Source of the DNA: Podarcis melisellensis
Lineage: Eukaryota
Assembly (NCBI GenBank): GCA_964234715.1
Contig: OZ174276.1
Strand: one strand, 5' to 3'
DNA: 64,000 nt
Position 1 is the stretch's first letter, and each line of letters opens with the position of its first letter. A model generated the notes under the pieces. That model saw only the letters and a program-made list of their open reading frames with translations. It was not told the origin of the DNA and did no database searches. Shown piece by piece: positions 61,571-64,000 of this stretch. A program made the position numbers and the translations under genes.

Positions 61571-63504
61571 CTGAGAAAGAGAGAGATTGAGAGATATGAA
61601 GTAATATTTGTTCAGCTCTTTCTCTAACGGGAAGAATCAAGCTGGTTTGAACCATGCACAAATCTCCTTTGTTTTAGTTAGGCTCATTTGTAGGACAAGT
61701 AGCTGAAATATTTCCTTCTCACTCATTGTAACCTAGAAGAAGAACCAGGGTCCTGTCCTGAAGAATACAGGCAAGCATAGCACAGGCAGACATTCAGGAC
61801 AGGAAAACTTTTACTAGAAAGCACAATTTGTATCCTTATCAGTTATTTCAATAGGGTGGTTTTGAACTGACACACAACCCAGTTTACACAATCCACACTG
61901 CAAAATGCATCAGCTTAATTATGCATCAGCTGATGACTGGAATCAATCTTTTAAGGGTCCAAACAGCAATCAGAGTGAAAGAATCAGCACTGGGCCAGAC
62001 GTAATGGCAATATTGGGCTATCCTGTGCTGTATAGTTCCAAATTCAAGGAACACAATATTCTTCACAACATGGTCTTATCAGAGAGTGCAGTCACAGATG
62101 GCGAAATTGTGCTCACATTGACATCCCTGTGAACTAGCAGAGAAGTATCAACCATTCAAATTTCCTGGGCCCAGCATGGGGTATCCTTCCATATTTTTAG
62201 GAGTGGGAAATCCTGACCACTTATAATCTTGCCCTTGAGAATCCCAAGGAGATAGAACTTTAGCCTGCAGTTTCTAAAGAGGAACACAAGACAAGCTGCA
62301 AGGCAACGTTTGCCCATGACGTGAAGACAAAAAATGCAATTGAAGCCAAGCAACACAAAAGAACTTTTTTTTCTTTGCACAGAGTACTTTCTTTAACAAA
62401 CTGAATCCTTGAATTCCTCATCTTATCAGGCCTTGCATCACATTGTGTCAACAGTTCTCAAAGTTCTCAGAGTAGTAGCTGGTCTTGAGCTTCCACTTAA
62501 CTTTTCCTGGGGTATATATAGAAGAAGCCTGAAGCCTTAAAAAGCACCCCATGCCCAAGCTTTTCCCACACTTTACTGTGCTCTACAGATTTAGTCACCA
62601 AGTCACTATGGTGGCTGCCCCTGCCAACCTTTGGGAACCATCCTTCCCCCTAACATAAATATCTGTTTTCCTGAGTTTTCTGCAAATTATAGATAATTTA
62701 GAAAGGGGAATCTTTCGCTTCGTAGCAGGCTTTTTCATTAAGCAGAAGATGGAAGTAGAGGCTGACACTGCTTCTCATGTGAAGTGAGATAAAACCCACC
62801 CTCTGCTAGCAAGGGCAAGTGAAGTCTTGGGACAGGCCTTTTCTGTCATTTTACATCATGCTTTAGAAAAGGCAAGAAGTGACGGGATCCCCCTTCATTG
62901 CTTTCCCCTTCTATATGAGTTTGTGTTAAGCGATCCCCTCTTGTTCCACATCAGCCATTGGGGAAGGAGAAAGAAACAAGGGGGCCTCCACCCTGCTTCT
63001 TTCATTTCCAAAGTCTTACATGCTTCATGCAGGATTTTTGTAGAAGGCACTCACTACTTCTGCAAATCCTGCCATTTCCCCAAGTTCTCTGTGTATGCCA
63101 GGAGATTCAGGACAGAGGGCAGGGAAGAGGAGATTGGTGGAAACCATAAACAACAGGTGACAACTGTGTCAAATCAACACATGGGGCCTTCTATATAAAA
63201 TCATGTTGCAGTTTCCCTTATATTGGTTTCTGATATTAGAACTTCCCGACTCAAACTGCAGAGTCATCACTACAATCTTTGGCAAGCCCAGATCCTGACT
63301 CAGAAGTCTGTGTTAGGACCAACAGCAACTAGCGTTCAATCAGCATTCTTGGCATTCTCAGGTTGAGAGTGTAACGCTGCTGACTAATGAGAAATGCAGA
63401 GCTGTTGGAGCTTTAAGTGACCATCAGATCTTGCTAAACAGAGAACTCTCCGTTAGCCTGCAAAATTCTGGGCCAGCAGTAGAACCAGCAGGGTTAAAAT
63501 TAAT

Positions 63505-63650
63505 ATAAAAGACCTGAGAAAATAAAAAGGTCTTTGCTTGGCACTGAAGGACAACGAAGCAGGTGCCAGACCAACTGCTTTGAAGAGAGCATTCCATTAC
63601 TGGGGTCCAAACACTGAGAAGTCCCTCTCCCTGCTAGCCTCCCACCTCAG
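63505..63650 (-). mobile_element. Probable old L2 LINE 3' fragment
   Basis: gaaaataaaaaggtctttgcttggcac...gagagcattcca...ctgagaagtccctctc resembles reverse-oriented squamate L2 ends. Confidence 0.4.
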
Positions 63651-64000
63651 GTAACTTTGTTTACAGAACTGTCCCCTGACCTAAATATGTCTGATTATAG
63701 CCTCTGAGAGTCAGGATTTTGGGCTGGATGCCGATGTACACTTTGCTATGGCACCATTAGACTGCTGTACAATCAATACGTTCAACACAAAACTTAGAAA
63801 GGCGAATTTCTTGGGTACAAGGCATAAAAGTCTCTCTTTACTTGCTTCTCCCATCCATCCAAAACAGATTTCTGCTTCCAGGAGGCTCAGTGCTCCTCCT
63901 TCCTTCCTTATAGACTTCATTGACAGCTGGCTAAGTTAAAACTCATTGCACATGGCATTGTTAGGCTCACTTGTGCTGTTGACACTGCTGACTCTTCGTC

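Noticed and set aside
61571-64000. Search for the next upstream RNF123 exon
   Set aside because: No convincing exon found; it probably lies beyond the window.
1-64000. CRISPR arrays, rRNA or prokaryotic operons
   Set aside because: The sequence is a spliced vertebrate locus; no repeat-spacer array or rRNA seen.

Overview
Vertebrate genomic DNA, most likely a lacertid/squamate lizard (inferred from the Sauria-type SINE and squamate-type MITE, CR1 and L2 repeats). It covers the GMPPB-AMIGO3-RNF123 locus. The window holds the last three coding exons of GMPPB (+), 16 consecutive 3' coding exons of RNF123/KPC1 (-, ending in the RING finger) and the single-exon AMIGO3 CDS (+) nested in a 29-kb RNF123 intron. 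Bases 1-4034 are the 5' half of a young Ty3/Gypsy LTR retrotransposon of the sushi/PEG10-like group, inserted antisense into a MITE in a GMPPB intron. The element shows a 784-bp LTR, a tRNA-independent self-priming PBS, a PEG10-type GGGAAAC + pseudoknot -1 frameshift signal and a stop-free pol frame that the ORF track missed. Its gag is broken by a small deletion, and its LTR U3 carries an unexplained 209-aa ORF. Other candidates are a 33-nt poison micro-exon in RNF123 and a spliced AMIGO3 5' leader carrying a uORF. All calls were made by hand from the sequence; no database search was run.
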